39,097 bases of DNA from an uncultured Gammaproteobacteria bacterium (GTDB lineage: Bacteria; Patescibacteriota; Patescibacteriia; GCA-002772895), in assembly GCA_964522845.1 (NCBI GenBank), contig CAZFZQ010000002.1:1-39097 (forward strand). The letters run 5' to 3'. The translations under genes and the position numbers were made by a program. The notes under the pieces were generated by a model that was not told where the DNA came from, made no database searches, and worked only from the letters and a program-made list of their open reading frames with translations. Shown here piece by piece: positions 8,548 through 16,750 of the stretch (positions are counted from its first letter, which is position 1; the number at the start of each line of letters is the position of its first letter).

Positions 8548-8850
8548 ATGAAGAAGTGTGCGAAACAGAGCTGTGCTTTGGGTGCGTATGGTGGCGGCCT
8601 TTTTGCGGATGATGATAGTTATTGTTCAAATTGCGGCGGGAAATTGGTACCCAAAGAAGATGACCATTGCCAATGCGGCCATCGTTTAGGGGACAGTGAT
8701 AAGTTTTGTTCCGGTTGCGGACTTCCGCGCGAGGAGGCGGTGAAAAAAGAGACGGGCACCAAGCAGTCACGCCCGTGGATTTGTCTAAATTGCCATTCAG
8801 CAGTTAGGGCTGATCGCAATCATTGCCCAAGATGCGATCCAAATAAGTGA
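8548..8850 (+). CDS. Multi-zinc-ribbon protein (100 aa)
   Basis: GAGGAGG SD upstream of ATG 8548. Repeated CxxC pairs: CSNCG, CQCGH, CSGCG, CLNC, CPRC. Confidence 0.65.
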   Translation: MKKCAKQSCALGAYGGGLFADDDSYCSNCGGKLVPKEDDHCQCGHRLGDSDKFCSGCGLPREEAVKKETGTKQSRPWICLNCHSAVRADRNHCPRCDPNK

Positions 8851-8880
8851 CCAAGTTCATAAACTTGGTTTTTTTATTTT
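8851..8880 (+). terminator. Rho-independent terminator
   Basis: CCAAGTT-cata-AACTTGG followed by T7. Confidence 0.8.
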
Positions 8881-8892
8881 TGGCGTGGTAGA

Positions 8893-10965
8893 ATGATAGG
8901 AACATTAAATATGATTGATTATCAAAAAGAATTAAACCCGGAACAATTGGCAGTGGTGAAGGGCGGCGATGGGCCGTGCTTGGTCTTGGCCGGCGCGGGT
9001 AGTGGAAAAACGCGGACGATTATTTATCGTCTGGCGTATTTATTGGAAAAAGGCGCGGATCCGAGAAATATTTGTCTCGTCACTTTCACCAACAAAGCGG
9101 CGAAAGAAATGACAACCCGAGCCGAAGCGCTTTTGGGATATAAGCCGCAAGGAATGATTGCCGGCACTTTTCATCATCTGGCAAATTTTTTACTCCGCCG
9201 TTACGGAAAAAGAATCGGGCTGGAACCGAATTTTACCATTCTTGATGAAGACGATAAAAAATCTTTAATCAAAGCGTCTATTGGCGAATCAGGCGTGGAT
9301 ACAAAAAAGAAACGCTTTCCCATGCCCGCGGTGCTAAAAGAAATTTTCAGCTACGCAAAAAACAGCCGTAATAATTTGGAGCAGGTGATTGATTTGAAAC
9401 ATCCGAATTTTTTGCCCCTGCAGGAAGAAATTGCATCGGTCCGTCGGATTTATGAGAAAAAAAAGAAAGATGGAAATATGGTTGATTTTGATGATTTGCT
9501 GACTGCGACCTTAAATCTTTTAGAAACGCAAACTGACATTCGCGAAGGCTTGGCGCGCCATTTTCAATATTTATTGGTTGATGAATACCAGGACACCAAT
9601 CCGGTACAAGCCGCGATTTTGTACCACCTTTCGTCGCACTACAAAAATATACTGGTCGTGGGCGACGACGCGCAGAGTATTTATTCTTTTCGCGCCGCGG
9701 ACATAAAAAATATTTTGGATTTTAACAAAACCTATCCGGAAGCGAAAATGTTCAAGCTGGAAACCAATTATCGTTCCACGCCAAATATTTTGGATTTGGC
9801 CAATGACGTAATTTCTAAAAATTTTAATCAGTTTCCGAAAAATTTGAAATCGCTTCGGCCAAAATTATCCGCGCCGTCGTTGCTCTCGGCCGGAAGCCAA
9901 AATGATGAGGCAAAATTTATCGCTGATAAAATTTTGGAACTGCGCGGAGAGGGCGTGGAATTGAAAAATATGGCCGTGCTTTTTCGCGCCTCGTATCATT
10001 CGCAGGTTTTGGAAATGGAGCTCACGCGCCGCGATATTCCGTATGAGTATCGCGGGGGTGTGAAATTTTTTGAACGCTCGCACATCAAAGATGTAATTTC
10101 ATATTTACGCGCTTTTTTTAATCCTAAGGATGAGGCGGCGTGGACGCGCATTTTAAGTTTTGGCGTGGGCGTGGGGCCGGTCGCGGCGCAAAATATTTTT
10201 AACACGGTGGCGCAAAAAAATACCCCGCAAGAGATTGCGCAAATCACATCCTCCAATTTCGGTGCCAAAGCCGGCCTGCCTCGTGTTGGAGTCAAGGCGG
10301 GCAATTCTTGGAACGATATTTTGCGTCTGTGGCAAAAATTTTTAAATCTCGCTCCTGCTCCCAATAATTTTATTGAAGCGGTTTTATCATCACATTATCG
10401 CGATTATATGGAACACACTTATGATAATTTTGAAGATCGGTTAAATGATTTGATGGAGCTCGCGGCCTTTTCTTCAAAATATGAAAATCTGGAAAATTTT
10501 TTGACAGAAATAACTTTATTTGAAGATGTAGCGGTAAAAAATGACGGCGGAGCTTCATATGACCGCGAAAAAATGGTTTTATCAACCATCCATCAGGCCA
10601 AAGGCTTGGAGTGGAATACGGTTTTTATCATCAATTTGATTGATGGCGCGTTTCCCAATCGCCGCGCGCTCTTGGAAGACGGGGGAGTGGAGGAGGAGCG
10701 GCGGCTTTTTTACGTAGCTTGCACGCGCGCCAAAGAAAATTTGTTTTTGTCATACGCGTTTACGGGCGGTGGCGGCGATTTTGGCGGGATGAATTTTAAT
10801 GAGCCGTCAATTTTTTTGCGCGAAATGAAAGGAAGTTTAGTCAATAAAATTGATGGCAATGATGAAGACGATTTGCCGGTGATTGATATTGACGCGGATG
10901 ATATTGGAGACCGCAAAAAATTGCCCCGCAAAAGTTATCTGCAGGATATAAATTTGGATTTTTAA
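8893..10965 (+). CDS. pcrA: UvrD/PcrA/Rep-family ATP-dependent DNA helicase
   Basis: AGAGSGKT Walker A, LLVDEYQDTN, VGDDAQSIYSFRAA, TIHQAKGLEW, YVACTRAK. Confidence 0.9.
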   Translation: MIGTLNMIDYQKELNPEQLAVVKGGDGPCLVLAGAGSGKTRTIIYRLAYLLEKGADPRNICLVTFTNKAAKEMTTRAEALLGYKPQGMIAGTFHHLANFLLRRYGKRIGLEPNFTILDEDDKKSLIKASIGESGVDTKKKRFPMPAVLKEIFSYAKNSRNNLEQVIDLKHPNFLPLQEEIASVRRIYEKKKKDGNMVDFDDLLTATLNLLETQTDIREGLARHFQYLLVDEYQDTNPVQAAILYHLSSHYKNILVVGDDAQSIYSFRAADIKNILDFNKTYPEAKMFKLETNYRSTPNILDLANDVISKNFNQFPKNLKSLRPKLSAPSLLSAGSQNDEAKFIADKILELRGEGVELKNMAVLFRASYHSQVLEMELTRRDIPYEYRGGVKFFERSHIKDVISYLRAFFNPKDEAAWTRILSFGVGVGPVAAQNIFNTVAQKNTPQEIAQITSSNFGAKAGLPRVGVKAGNSWNDILRLWQKFLNLAPAPNNFIEAVLSSHYRDYMEHTYDNFEDRLNDLMELAAFSSKYENLENFLTEITLFEDVAVKNDGGASYDREKMVLSTIHQAKGLEWNTVFIINLIDGAFPNRRALLEDGGVEEERRLFYVACTRAKENLFLSYAFTGGGGDFGGMNFNEPSIFLREMKGSLVNKIDGNDEDDLPVIDIDADDIGDRKKLPRKSYLQDINLDF
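10275..10301. repeat. Intragenic GC-rich palindromic element (CCTGCCTCG...CAAGGCGGG)
   Basis: Related to the 16630 and 23143 elements. Encodes GLPRVGVKAG inside the helicase. Confidence 0.5.
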
Positions 10966-10972
10966 CAATCAA

Positions 10973-11007
10973 TTTGTAATTCTTACTAAATTAGTAAGAA
11001 TTACAAA
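10973..11007. repeat. 35-nt perfect palindrome between convergent genes
   Basis: TTTGTAATTCTTACTAA-A-TTAGTAAGAATTACAAA. No T-run on either strand. Confidence 0.8.
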
Positions 11008-11012
11008 AAAAG

Positions 11013-11043
11013 AAATAAAAAATCCCCTGTATTATCAGGGGGG
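11013..11043 (-). terminator. Rho-independent terminator for the 11052-11252 gene
   Basis: Minus strand reads CCCCTG-ataata-CAGGGG followed by a T-run. Confidence 0.7.
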
Positions 11044-11051
11044 CAGATAGA

Positions 11052-11252
11052 TTAATCGCTATCGCAGTCGCAGTCACAATCGGAAGAAGAATCAAAGGAA
11101 GAGCTTATGGCAATATCTACAAGATCGTCCGTCATTCCTAACCTACTAAGATGTTTTGTTCTCCGAGATTTGGCAATATACGCGATAATCAAGATAAAAG
11201 GAACAATAGCTACCGACGCCAAGAGAATTGTTACCACAGCTGTTGTTTCCAT
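11052..11252 (-). CDS. Small membrane protein with a Ser/Asp/Cys-rich tail ending SDCDCDCDSD
   Basis: N-terminal transmembrane helix, AAAGGA SD, own terminator. Confidence 0.55.
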   Translation of the reverse strand: METTAVVTILLASVAIVPFILIIAYIAKSRRTKHLSRLGMTDDLVDIAISSSFDSSSDCDCDCDSD

Positions 11253-11344
11253 GGTTACATTCCTTTCTTATGTGTGAGTTTGTATATACGGTAGGATATA
11301 ACTAATCTAACATTTTGTCAAGATGCAGGTACGAATAGAAATTA

Positions 11345-11373
11345 TAAAAAAATCCCGGGTGTTAGGCGGGATT
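11345..11373 (-). terminator. Rho-independent terminator for the 11382-11693 gene
   Basis: Minus strand reads ATCCCG...CGGGAT followed by T7. Confidence 0.65.
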
Positions 11374-11381
11374 GCGTGATT

Positions 11382-11693
11382 TTATTTTGCGACAAAACCG
11401 TTTTCACTTTTCATATTTTCTTTTCCGCATTTATCGCAATAATATTTCGGCGGATTGTACAATATTTCCCATAGCATAGCCTGGCAGCAGCCGCTCCGCT
11501 CAGTAATGATTGGCGTAAATTTTTCCGGCTTAAAGTATGGATGGCGTTCTTGCCACTGCTTCCTCATCCGCGTTACAAAGGACATTCTTGGTTGGCGCGT
11601 GGCGTACCAGATAATACTTCCGGCGGTAGAAAAAAGAATGATGAAAACAAACATGCCGCCAAGAACAATACTGAAGATCTCCAACCCTCTCAT
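11382..11693 (-). CDS. Membrane-anchored protein with a C-terminal CC...CxxC Cys cluster
   Basis: N-terminal transmembrane helix, then GCCQAM...YYCDKCG. Confidence 0.55.
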   Translation of the reverse strand: MRGLEIFSIVLGGMFVFIILFSTAGSIIWYATRQPRMSFVTRMRKQWQERHPYFKPEKFTPIITERSGCCQAMLWEILYNPPKYYCDKCGKENMKSENGFVAK

Positions 11694-11724
11694 TTTTCAC
11701 CTCCATAGTGTATAATATTAATAT

Positions 11725-12405
11725 ATGAATGATAAAAAGTCAATAGTTATTTCGCTTGGCGGGTCGCTTATTATCCCAAAAGAAGGAATAGATGTTAAGT
11801 TTTTAAAAAGTTTTAAAAATTTTATAGAGAAATCGGACAGCCGGTTTATTTTAGTTTGCGGCGGAGGAAGAACGGCGCGCGAATATATTAAGGCGGCAAA
11901 AAGCATTTCCAAATTTTCGGCCGATGATTTAGATTGGATTGGAATTGAAGCCACGCGTTTGAATGCCAAACTGGTGCAAATGATGTTTAAACAGATTGCT
12001 CATTCGCAAATTTCCATCGATCCGACCAAGAAATTAAATTTTCAAGAAAAAGTTTTAATCGCATCCGGCTGGAAACCGGGCTGGTCCACGGATTATGATG
12101 CCGTGCTTTTGGCAAAAACTTATGGCGCGAAACAAGTTATTAATTTGACGAATATTGATTATTTATATGACAAAAATCCAATAATTTATCCGGATGCGAA
12201 AAAAATAAAAGAAATTGATTGGTTGGGTTTCCGCAAGATTGTGGGCGACAAATGGGTTTCGGGCGCCAACACTCCTTTTGATCCTATTGCCAGCCGCGAA
12301 GCGCAAAAGCTGGGGCTGGAATTAATTTTGGCTAACGGAAAAAAAATAAACAACTTGAAAAAAATAATAAAAGGTGATAAGTTTATAGGGTCAATCGTTC
12401 ATTAA
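11725..12405 (+). CDS. pyrH: Amino-acid-kinase-fold UMP kinase, archaeal-type
   Basis: IVISLGGSLI and VCGGGRTAREYI motifs. 226 aa, as in archaeal-type PyrH. Confidence 0.7.
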   Translation: MNDKKSIVISLGGSLIIPKEGIDVKFLKSFKNFIEKSDSRFILVCGGGRTAREYIKAAKSISKFSADDLDWIGIEATRLNAKLVQMMFKQIAHSQISIDPTKKLNFQEKVLIASGWKPGWSTDYDAVLLAKTYGAKQVINLTNIDYLYDKNPIIYPDAKKIKEIDWLGFRKIVGDKWVSGANTPFDPIASREAQKLGLELILANGKKINNLKKIIKGDKFIGSIVH

Positions 12406-12420
12406 TGGAAGGAGAAGAAT

Positions 12421-12873
12421 ATGGAAAACCAAACAAGAGTCGGTATTGGCATAATGATTACAAAAGATAGAAGGGTTCTGCTTGGTAAGCGCAAGGGTTC
12501 ACATGGCGCGGGAGAATATGCTTTTCCCGGCGGACATTTGGAGTATATGGAATCTTTTAAGACATGTGTTCTGCGCGAGCTGGCGGAAGAATGTGGTGAG
12601 ATGCTGCAAATTAAAAATATCCAATTTATTCATGTCGCCAATATCATGGAATACGCGCCAAAACATTATACACATATCGGGCTTTCCGCACTTTGGGAAA
12701 GCGGCGAACCGCAAGTAATGGAACCGCAAAAATGCGAAGGTTGGGATTGGTACGATTTGTACCATCTTCCCGCGCCACTCTTTCAACCAACTCAACTGAC
12801 TTTGGAATGTTATAAACAAGGGGTGCCTTATCTGGATTCGGGTGAAATAGGGGAATTCCTTTCCAAACCATAA
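12421..12873 (+). CDS. NUDIX hydrolase
   Basis: Nudix box GGHLEYMESFKTCVLRELAEECG. GGAAGGAG SD. Confidence 0.85.
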   Translation: MENQTRVGIGIMITKDRRVLLGKRKGSHGAGEYAFPGGHLEYMESFKTCVLRELAEECGEMLQIKNIQFIHVANIMEYAPKHYTHIGLSALWESGEPQVMEPQKCEGWDWYDLYHLPAPLFQPTQLTLECYKQGVPYLDSGEIGEFLSKP

Positions 12874-12898
12874 ATCCCCCCAAATTCGGGGATTTTTT
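12874..12898 (+). terminator. Rho-independent terminator
   Basis: ATCCCC...GGGGAT followed by T6. Confidence 0.8.
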
Positions 12899-12910
12899 AA
12901 TCAGATTTTT

Positions 12911-12966
12911 ATGTTCAGAGCTCAACTCTGCACATAGGGGAATGTTAAGAGTTGAGCTCTGAACAT
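12911..12966. repeat. Perfect 19-bp inverted repeat with an 18-nt spacer
   Basis: ATGTTCAGAGCTCAACTCT...AGAGTTGAGCTCTGAACAT, followed by the direct repeat CATTATACA x2. Confidence 0.8.
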
Positions 12967-12988
12967 TATACAAACATTATACAAGGAT

Positions 12989-13017
12989 TTGACACTTTTT
13001 ACGCATTGTGCTAATAT
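12989..13017 (+). promoter_or_regulatory. Promoter of the rplJL operon
   Basis: TTGACA-17 nt-TAATAT. Confidence 0.65.
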
Positions 13018-13027
13018 AAGTTTATAA

Positions 13028-13140
13028 ATAGTCGTAGACAGCGGGGCCTGAAAGGGTCAAACAAGAAACCCCGCCGAGACCACAATTAGCTCTTGCTAAT
13101 TATTCCTCGCGTTCTACGGCCCAAAAGGTCGTTTTTTGTT
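13028..13140 (+). promoter_or_regulatory. Structured rplJ leader with a terminator/anti-terminator layout (L10-leader-like)
   Basis: P1 GTCGTAGA/TTCTACGG, P2 GCGGGG/CCCCGC, P3 AATTAGC-tctt-GCTAATT. A terminator ACGGCC-caaaa-GGTCGT+T6 has a 5' arm that overlaps the P1 3' strand. Confidence 0.5.
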
Positions 13141-13222
13141 TAGCCTGTAGCTTGTAGCTAGTTAGCTAGTTAGGGAGTTTAAACCTAAGTAGCTAAATAG
13201 CTAAGTAGCTAAATAGCTAATT
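13141..13222 (+). repeat. Word-array spacer hairpin (TAGCT words) ending at the rplJ ATG
   Basis: The left arm repeats TAGC(C/T)(T)G. The right arm repeats TAGCTAA(A/G). Core TTAGG/CCTAA. Confidence 0.6.
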
Positions 13223-13732
13223 ATGCCAAAAACAAGAGAAAGAAAACAAAAAGACGTAAAAGGGATAGCTACCCAGCTTGAAGGAAGCCAGAATATGGTG
13301 TTTGCCAACTTTTACGGCTTGAAAGTAAAAAACGTGGAAGAGCTCCGCAGAAAATGCCGCGAAGCCAACCTTTCTTGCGTGGTTGCCAAAAAGACCCTCC
13401 TTTCTTTAGCTTTGAAAGACAAAGAAAAAGAAATAAAAAATTTGCAGGGTGAAGTAATGGTGATCGCAGGCAAGGATGAAGTGGCGGCGGCAAAAATCGC
13501 GGCCGAATTTGGAAAAAAGAACGAGTCCTTAAAACTCTTGGCCGGTATTTCGCAAGGAAAATGGGCGGGTTTGGCGGAAATTACCGCTTTATCCAAACTT
13601 CCTTCAAAAGAAGAATTACTGTCAAGACTTGTTGGCAGTTTGAATGCGCCAGTCTCCGGCTTTGTTCGGGTGCTGTCAGGAAATTTGCGAGGGCTTGTTT
13701 GTGCGTTGAATGCAATTAAAGATAAAAAATAA
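13223..13732 (+). CDS. rplJ: 50S ribosomal protein L10
   Basis: Position upstream of rplL and an L10-like sequence. Confidence 0.9.
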   Translation: MPKTRERKQKDVKGIATQLEGSQNMVFANFYGLKVKNVEELRRKCREANLSCVVAKKTLLSLALKDKEKEIKNLQGEVMVIAGKDEVAAAKIAAEFGKKNESLKLLAGISQGKWAGLAEITALSKLPSKEELLSRLVGSLNAPVSGFVRVLSGNLRGLVCALNAIKDKK

Positions 13733-13735
13733 ATT

Positions 13736-13806
13736 GAGCGTATAGCGTATAACGTGTAGCGTATAGTGAAAGTCTAAACGCTAATCGCTAAAAGCTAATC
13801 GCTAAT
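13736..13806 (+). repeat. Word-array spacer (TAGCGTA x5 then CGCTAAT x4) filling the rplJ-rplL gap
   Basis: 7-nt periodic words. Words in the right arm are reverse complements of those in the left arm. Confidence 0.6.
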
Positions 13807-13811
13807 ATAAT

Positions 13812-14204
13812 ATGGAAGAGAAAAATGTTGTAGTGCCGGAAAAGTTCAAGGCACTTGTAAGCGAAATAGAGAAAATGTCCGTGTTGGCCCTTTCAGAACT
13901 TGTGAAAGTTTTGGAAGATAAATTTGGCGTTTCCGCCGCCGTTCCGGTCGCGGTAGCAGCCGCTGGCGTAGCCGCCGCTCCGGTTGAAGAAAAAACATCA
14001 TTTGATGTTGAATTGACTGCCGCTGGCGCGAGCAAAATCGCAGTTATCAAAGTTGTGAAAGAAGCTGCCGCTCTCGGTTTAGCCGAAGCCAAGGCTTTGG
14101 TTGATGGCGCTCCGAAAATGGTAAAAACCGGTTTGAAGAAAGACGAAGCTGAGGCCTTAAAAGCCAAGCTCGTTGAAGCCGGCGCGACCGTGACATTGAA
14201 ATAA
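13812..14204 (+). CDS. rplL: 50S ribosomal protein L7/L12
   Basis: Ala-rich hinge and a C-terminal [29 protein letters not shown]-type domain. Confidence 0.95.
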   Translation: MEEKNVVVPEKFKALVSEIEKMSVLALSELVKVLEDKFGVSAAVPVAVAAAGVAAAPVEEKTSFDVELTAAGASKIAVIKVVKEAAALGLAEAKALVDGAPKMVKTGLKKDEAEALKAKLVEAGATVTLK

Positions 14205-14221
14205 AAATCAAAACATAAAAT

Positions 14222-14252
14222 AAAATCGCCTCGTAAGGGGCGATTTTGTTTT
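14222..14252 (+). terminator. Rho-independent terminator
   Basis: AAAATCGCC...GGCGATTTT followed by a T-run. Confidence 0.8.
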
Positions 14253-14254
14253 AT

Positions 14255-14326
14255 TCCTCCCTTTGGAAAAGGGAGGCGAGGAGGGATTTATAAATCCTCC
14301 CTAACCCTCCTTTTCCAAAGGAGGGG
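14255..14326. repeat. Triple-hairpin G/C-tract palindromic element (CCTCCC..GGGAGG family)
   Basis: Contains CCTCCCTTTGGAAAAGGGAGG, GGAGGGATTTATAAATCCTCC and CCCTCCTTTTCCAAAGGAGGGG. Confidence 0.7.
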
Positions 14327-14406
14327 ATTGGAAAGCGGTTTTATTTTTTAAAATTTTTTAACCATTCTCTAATTCGCGCGAATAGGCGAATAGTTGGGTA
14401 TGGGCA

Positions 14407-14435
14407 TTGACAAAAATAAAAACTTATAATACAAT
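14407..14435 (+). promoter_or_regulatory. Promoter
   Basis: TTGACA-17 nt-TACAAT. The ORF-track TTG start at 14407 is the -35 box itself. Confidence 0.6.
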
Positions 14436-14460
14436 CTCGACAAGCTCAAGGGAGGATAGC

Positions 14461-15039
14461 ATGGGCAACGTTAATGTTTTTGTTAACGGTTATGGCGCGC
14501 CAAAAGATCCTCTTTCTGATGGAAATCTTTGCGGATATATGTGCGCAATAAGTGAGTACATGGATTTGCATCATGACGATGTCTTCACGCTTTACTTGGC
14601 CGGCGGAATTACCAACAGAAAAGATATGACCGAAGCGCGTGCCATGAAAGTGTGGTTTGATGCGCACGGGCTTCCGGCGAATGTTACAGAAGTTGTCTTG
14701 ATAGAAGAGTCAACAACCGCGCGCGACAACGTCGCTCTTTATTCAAGAAAAGTTGACCAAGGAAAGCCGTCCGTTTTTTTCTTTGAGTATTCCCGCCGAC
14801 TTCAGATGATTTTTTTGGTCAAGCAGTATTTTAACCGGCATTTTCACAGGCTTTACAAGTTTTGCGGCGTTAAGTTCGATGAGCCGTCCATGGAACTTAG
14901 AAATCGTTTGAAGCAGTATTTCTTGCGATTTCCTCTGGAAGTTCTGTCCTGGTACCTTCCTTCCGTCAGGGAAAAAATATCAAAACCTCTCCGTGCGCGC
15001 CACATCGCGCGAGCCAGGCAAGATTATAACAAATCTTAA
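14461..15039 (+). CDS. DUF218 (YdcF/ElyC-like) family protein
   Basis: AGGGAGGA SD upstream of ATG 14461. Motif LAGGITNRKDMTEARAM...IEESTTARDN. Confidence 0.65.
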   Translation: MGNVNVFVNGYGAPKDPLSDGNLCGYMCAISEYMDLHHDDVFTLYLAGGITNRKDMTEARAMKVWFDAHGLPANVTEVVLIEESTTARDNVALYSRKVDQGKPSVFFFEYSRRLQMIFLVKQYFNRHFHRLYKFCGVKFDEPSMELRNRLKQYFLRFPLEVLSWYLPSVREKISKPLRARHIARARQDYNKS

Positions 15040-15049
15040 GACACTCATC

Positions 15050-15077
15050 CCCAGCCATTTTGGTTGGGTTTTATTTT
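15050..15077 (+). terminator. Rho-independent terminator
   Basis: CCCAGCC-attt-GGTTGGG followed by a T-run. Confidence 0.7.
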
Positions 15078-15126
15078 TGGTAAAAGTATGTTAATGTGTT
15101 TATTGAAAAATGAAAAGGAGGAAAAG

Positions 15127-15381
15127 ATGCCGGTTTCGAAAGTAAAAGCGTTGATGGTGCAAAAAAAGTTCATTGCTCAATATTACGATCCGGCATATAT
15201 CAAAAAGTGCGAGGTTTCTTTGGTTGGCGTATGCGATGGGAAGGTTGTAGGCGATGAGCGCCAGGATTATTGTCTTGTTGTTACGCTTCGCACCACGCCT
15301 TCATTCAAGATTCCAAAAGAATTGGATGGTGTCCGGGTTTATGTCCGAATAGGCACTGAAGACAAACCGTTTCATAGCTAA
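15127..15381 (+). CDS. Hypothetical protein (84 aa)
   Basis: AAAGGAGGA SD upstream of ATG 15127. Own terminator. Confidence 0.55.
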   Translation: MPVSKVKALMVQKKFIAQYYDPAYIKKCEVSLVGVCDGKVVGDERQDYCLVVTLRTTPSFKIPKELDGVRVYVRIGTEDKPFHS

Positions 15382-15399
15382 CTCGTGTTAGCTTTTTTA
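15376..15399 (+). terminator. Rho-independent terminator
   Basis: AGCTAAC-tcgt-GTTAGCT followed by T6. Confidence 0.75.
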
Positions 15400-15430
15400 T
15401 TTATGTGTAATGTGCTAATTTATAATCACT

Positions 15431-16750
15431 ATGACAGATTTATTTGACCAAAATTTAAAAAATAAGAATACCCCGCTTGCCGAGAGATTAAGGCCAAAGG
15501 ATTTTTCCGATTTCGCCGGACAGGAACACTTGGTGGGCGAGGGCGCGCCGCTCCGGACTTTGATTGAAAAAGATGAAATTCCGTCAATGATTTTTTGGGG
15601 GCCGCCGGGCACGGGCAAAACCACGCTTGCGGAAATTATCGCCAAAAAAACCGGCTCGCGTTTTGTGGTTTTGGAAGCGACGTCTTCCGGAAAAGCGGAT
15701 TTAAAAAAAATAATGGAAGAGGCGATGGGGCTTTTGAAATTTCAAAATCGCCGGACGATTTTATTTATTGATGAAATCCACCGTTGGAACAAAGCCCAAC
15801 AAGATGCGCTGTTGCCGTATGTAGAACGCGGGCTTCTAACTTTGATCGGCGCCACCACGGAAAATCCTTCGTTTGAAGTGGTGGGCGCGCTTTTGTCCCG
15901 CACCCGCGTTTTTACGCTTAACGCGTTTTCCAAAGACGACATGCTTTTGATTTTGAAGCGCGCGTTGCGCGAAGTTTTTCAAAGCGATAAACTGAAGATT
16001 CAATTTGAAATCGGCGCGCCGGACTTATTGATCGGTTTGGCCGGCGGCGACGCGCGTTCACTCCTCGGCGCGTTTGAAATTCTCCTCAAATCCAAAACTG
16101 TAGGGGTTGCGAAGCCCTACAGTGGGGAGGAGGATAAAAATGTGCTATTATTAAAGAAAGAAGATATAAAGCGGGCATATCTTTCCGCCAATATTTTGTA
16201 TGACAAAGGCGGGGAGGAACATTACAATATTATTTCCGCTCTGCACAAATCAATGCGCGGGTCGGATGCGGATGCCGCGCTCTATTGGCTGGCGAGAATG
16301 TTGGAGTCGGGCGATGACCCTTTATACGTGGCAAGAAGGCTTGTTCGTTTTGCATCCGAAGATATCGGCTTGGCCGACCCGGAAGCGTTAAATCAGGCTG
16401 TTTCCGCGTATCAGGCGGCGCATTTTCTAGGCATGCCGGAGTGCAACGTTATTTTGGCCCAGGCCGTGGCTTATCTGGCGCGCGCGCCAAAATCAAACGC
16501 GCTTTATATGGCGTACGGCGAAATCCAAAAAGATATTAAAGAATTGCCGCGCGATCCGGTGCCGCTCCATTTGCGGAACGCGCCAACAAATTTGATGAAA
16601 GATTTGGGGTATGGAAAAGAATACAAGTACCCGCCTCGACTCGCGGAGACTCGTCGACGCGAGGCGGGTAATCCGAATTTTAAAGAGCCGGTGGAGCAAG
16701 ATTATTTGCCGCCGGGATTGAGAGGAAAAAAGTATTTAAAAGATAAATGA
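15431..16750 (+). CDS. rarA: Replication-associated recombination protein A (AAA+ ATPase)
   Basis: GPPGTGKTT Walker A, LFIDEIHR, GATTENPSF, ALHKSMRGSD and DALYWLARM motifs. Confidence 0.9.
   Translation: MTDLFDQNLKNKNTPLAERLRPKDFSDFAGQEHLVGEGAPLRTLIEKDEIPSMIFWGPPGTGKTTLAEIIAKKTGSRFVVLEATSSGKADLKKIMEEAMGLLKFQNRRTILFIDEIHRWNKAQQDALLPYVERGLLTLIGATTENPSFEVVGALLSRTRVFTLNAFSKDDMLLILKRALREVFQSDKLKIQFEIGAPDLLIGLAGGDARSLLGAFEILLKSKTVGVAKPYSGEEDKNVLLLKKEDIKRAYLSANILYDKGGEEHYNIISALHKSMRGSDADAALYWLARMLESGDDPLYVARRLVRFASEDIGLADPEALNQAVSAYQAAHFLGMPECNVILAQAVAYLARAPKSNALYMAYGEIQKDIKELPRDPVPLHLRNAPTNLMKDLGYGKEYKYPPRLAETRRREAGNPNFKEPVEQDYLPPGLRGKKYLKDK
16100..16120. repeat. Intragenic GC-rich hairpin (GTAGGG-gttgcgaag-CCCTAC)
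   Basis: Encodes VGVAKPYSG within rarA. Confidence 0.45.
16630..16668. repeat. Intragenic GC-rich palindromic element, family 2 (CCCGCCTCG...CGAGGCGGG)
   Basis: Shares its termini and the CTCGCGGA core with the copy at 23143. Encodes PRLAETRRREAGN in rarA. Confidence 0.7.

Noticed and set aside
10973-11007. 35-nt perfect palindrome as a bidirectional terminator
   Set aside because: There is no U-run on either strand, and the minus-strand gene has its own canonical terminator next to it. It is reported only as a palindrome.
13141-13806. Word arrays as a CRISPR array
   Set aside because: The units are 7-9 nt with no constant repeat and unique-spacer architecture. The arrays sit inside ribosomal-protein operon spacers. 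No cas genes are present.
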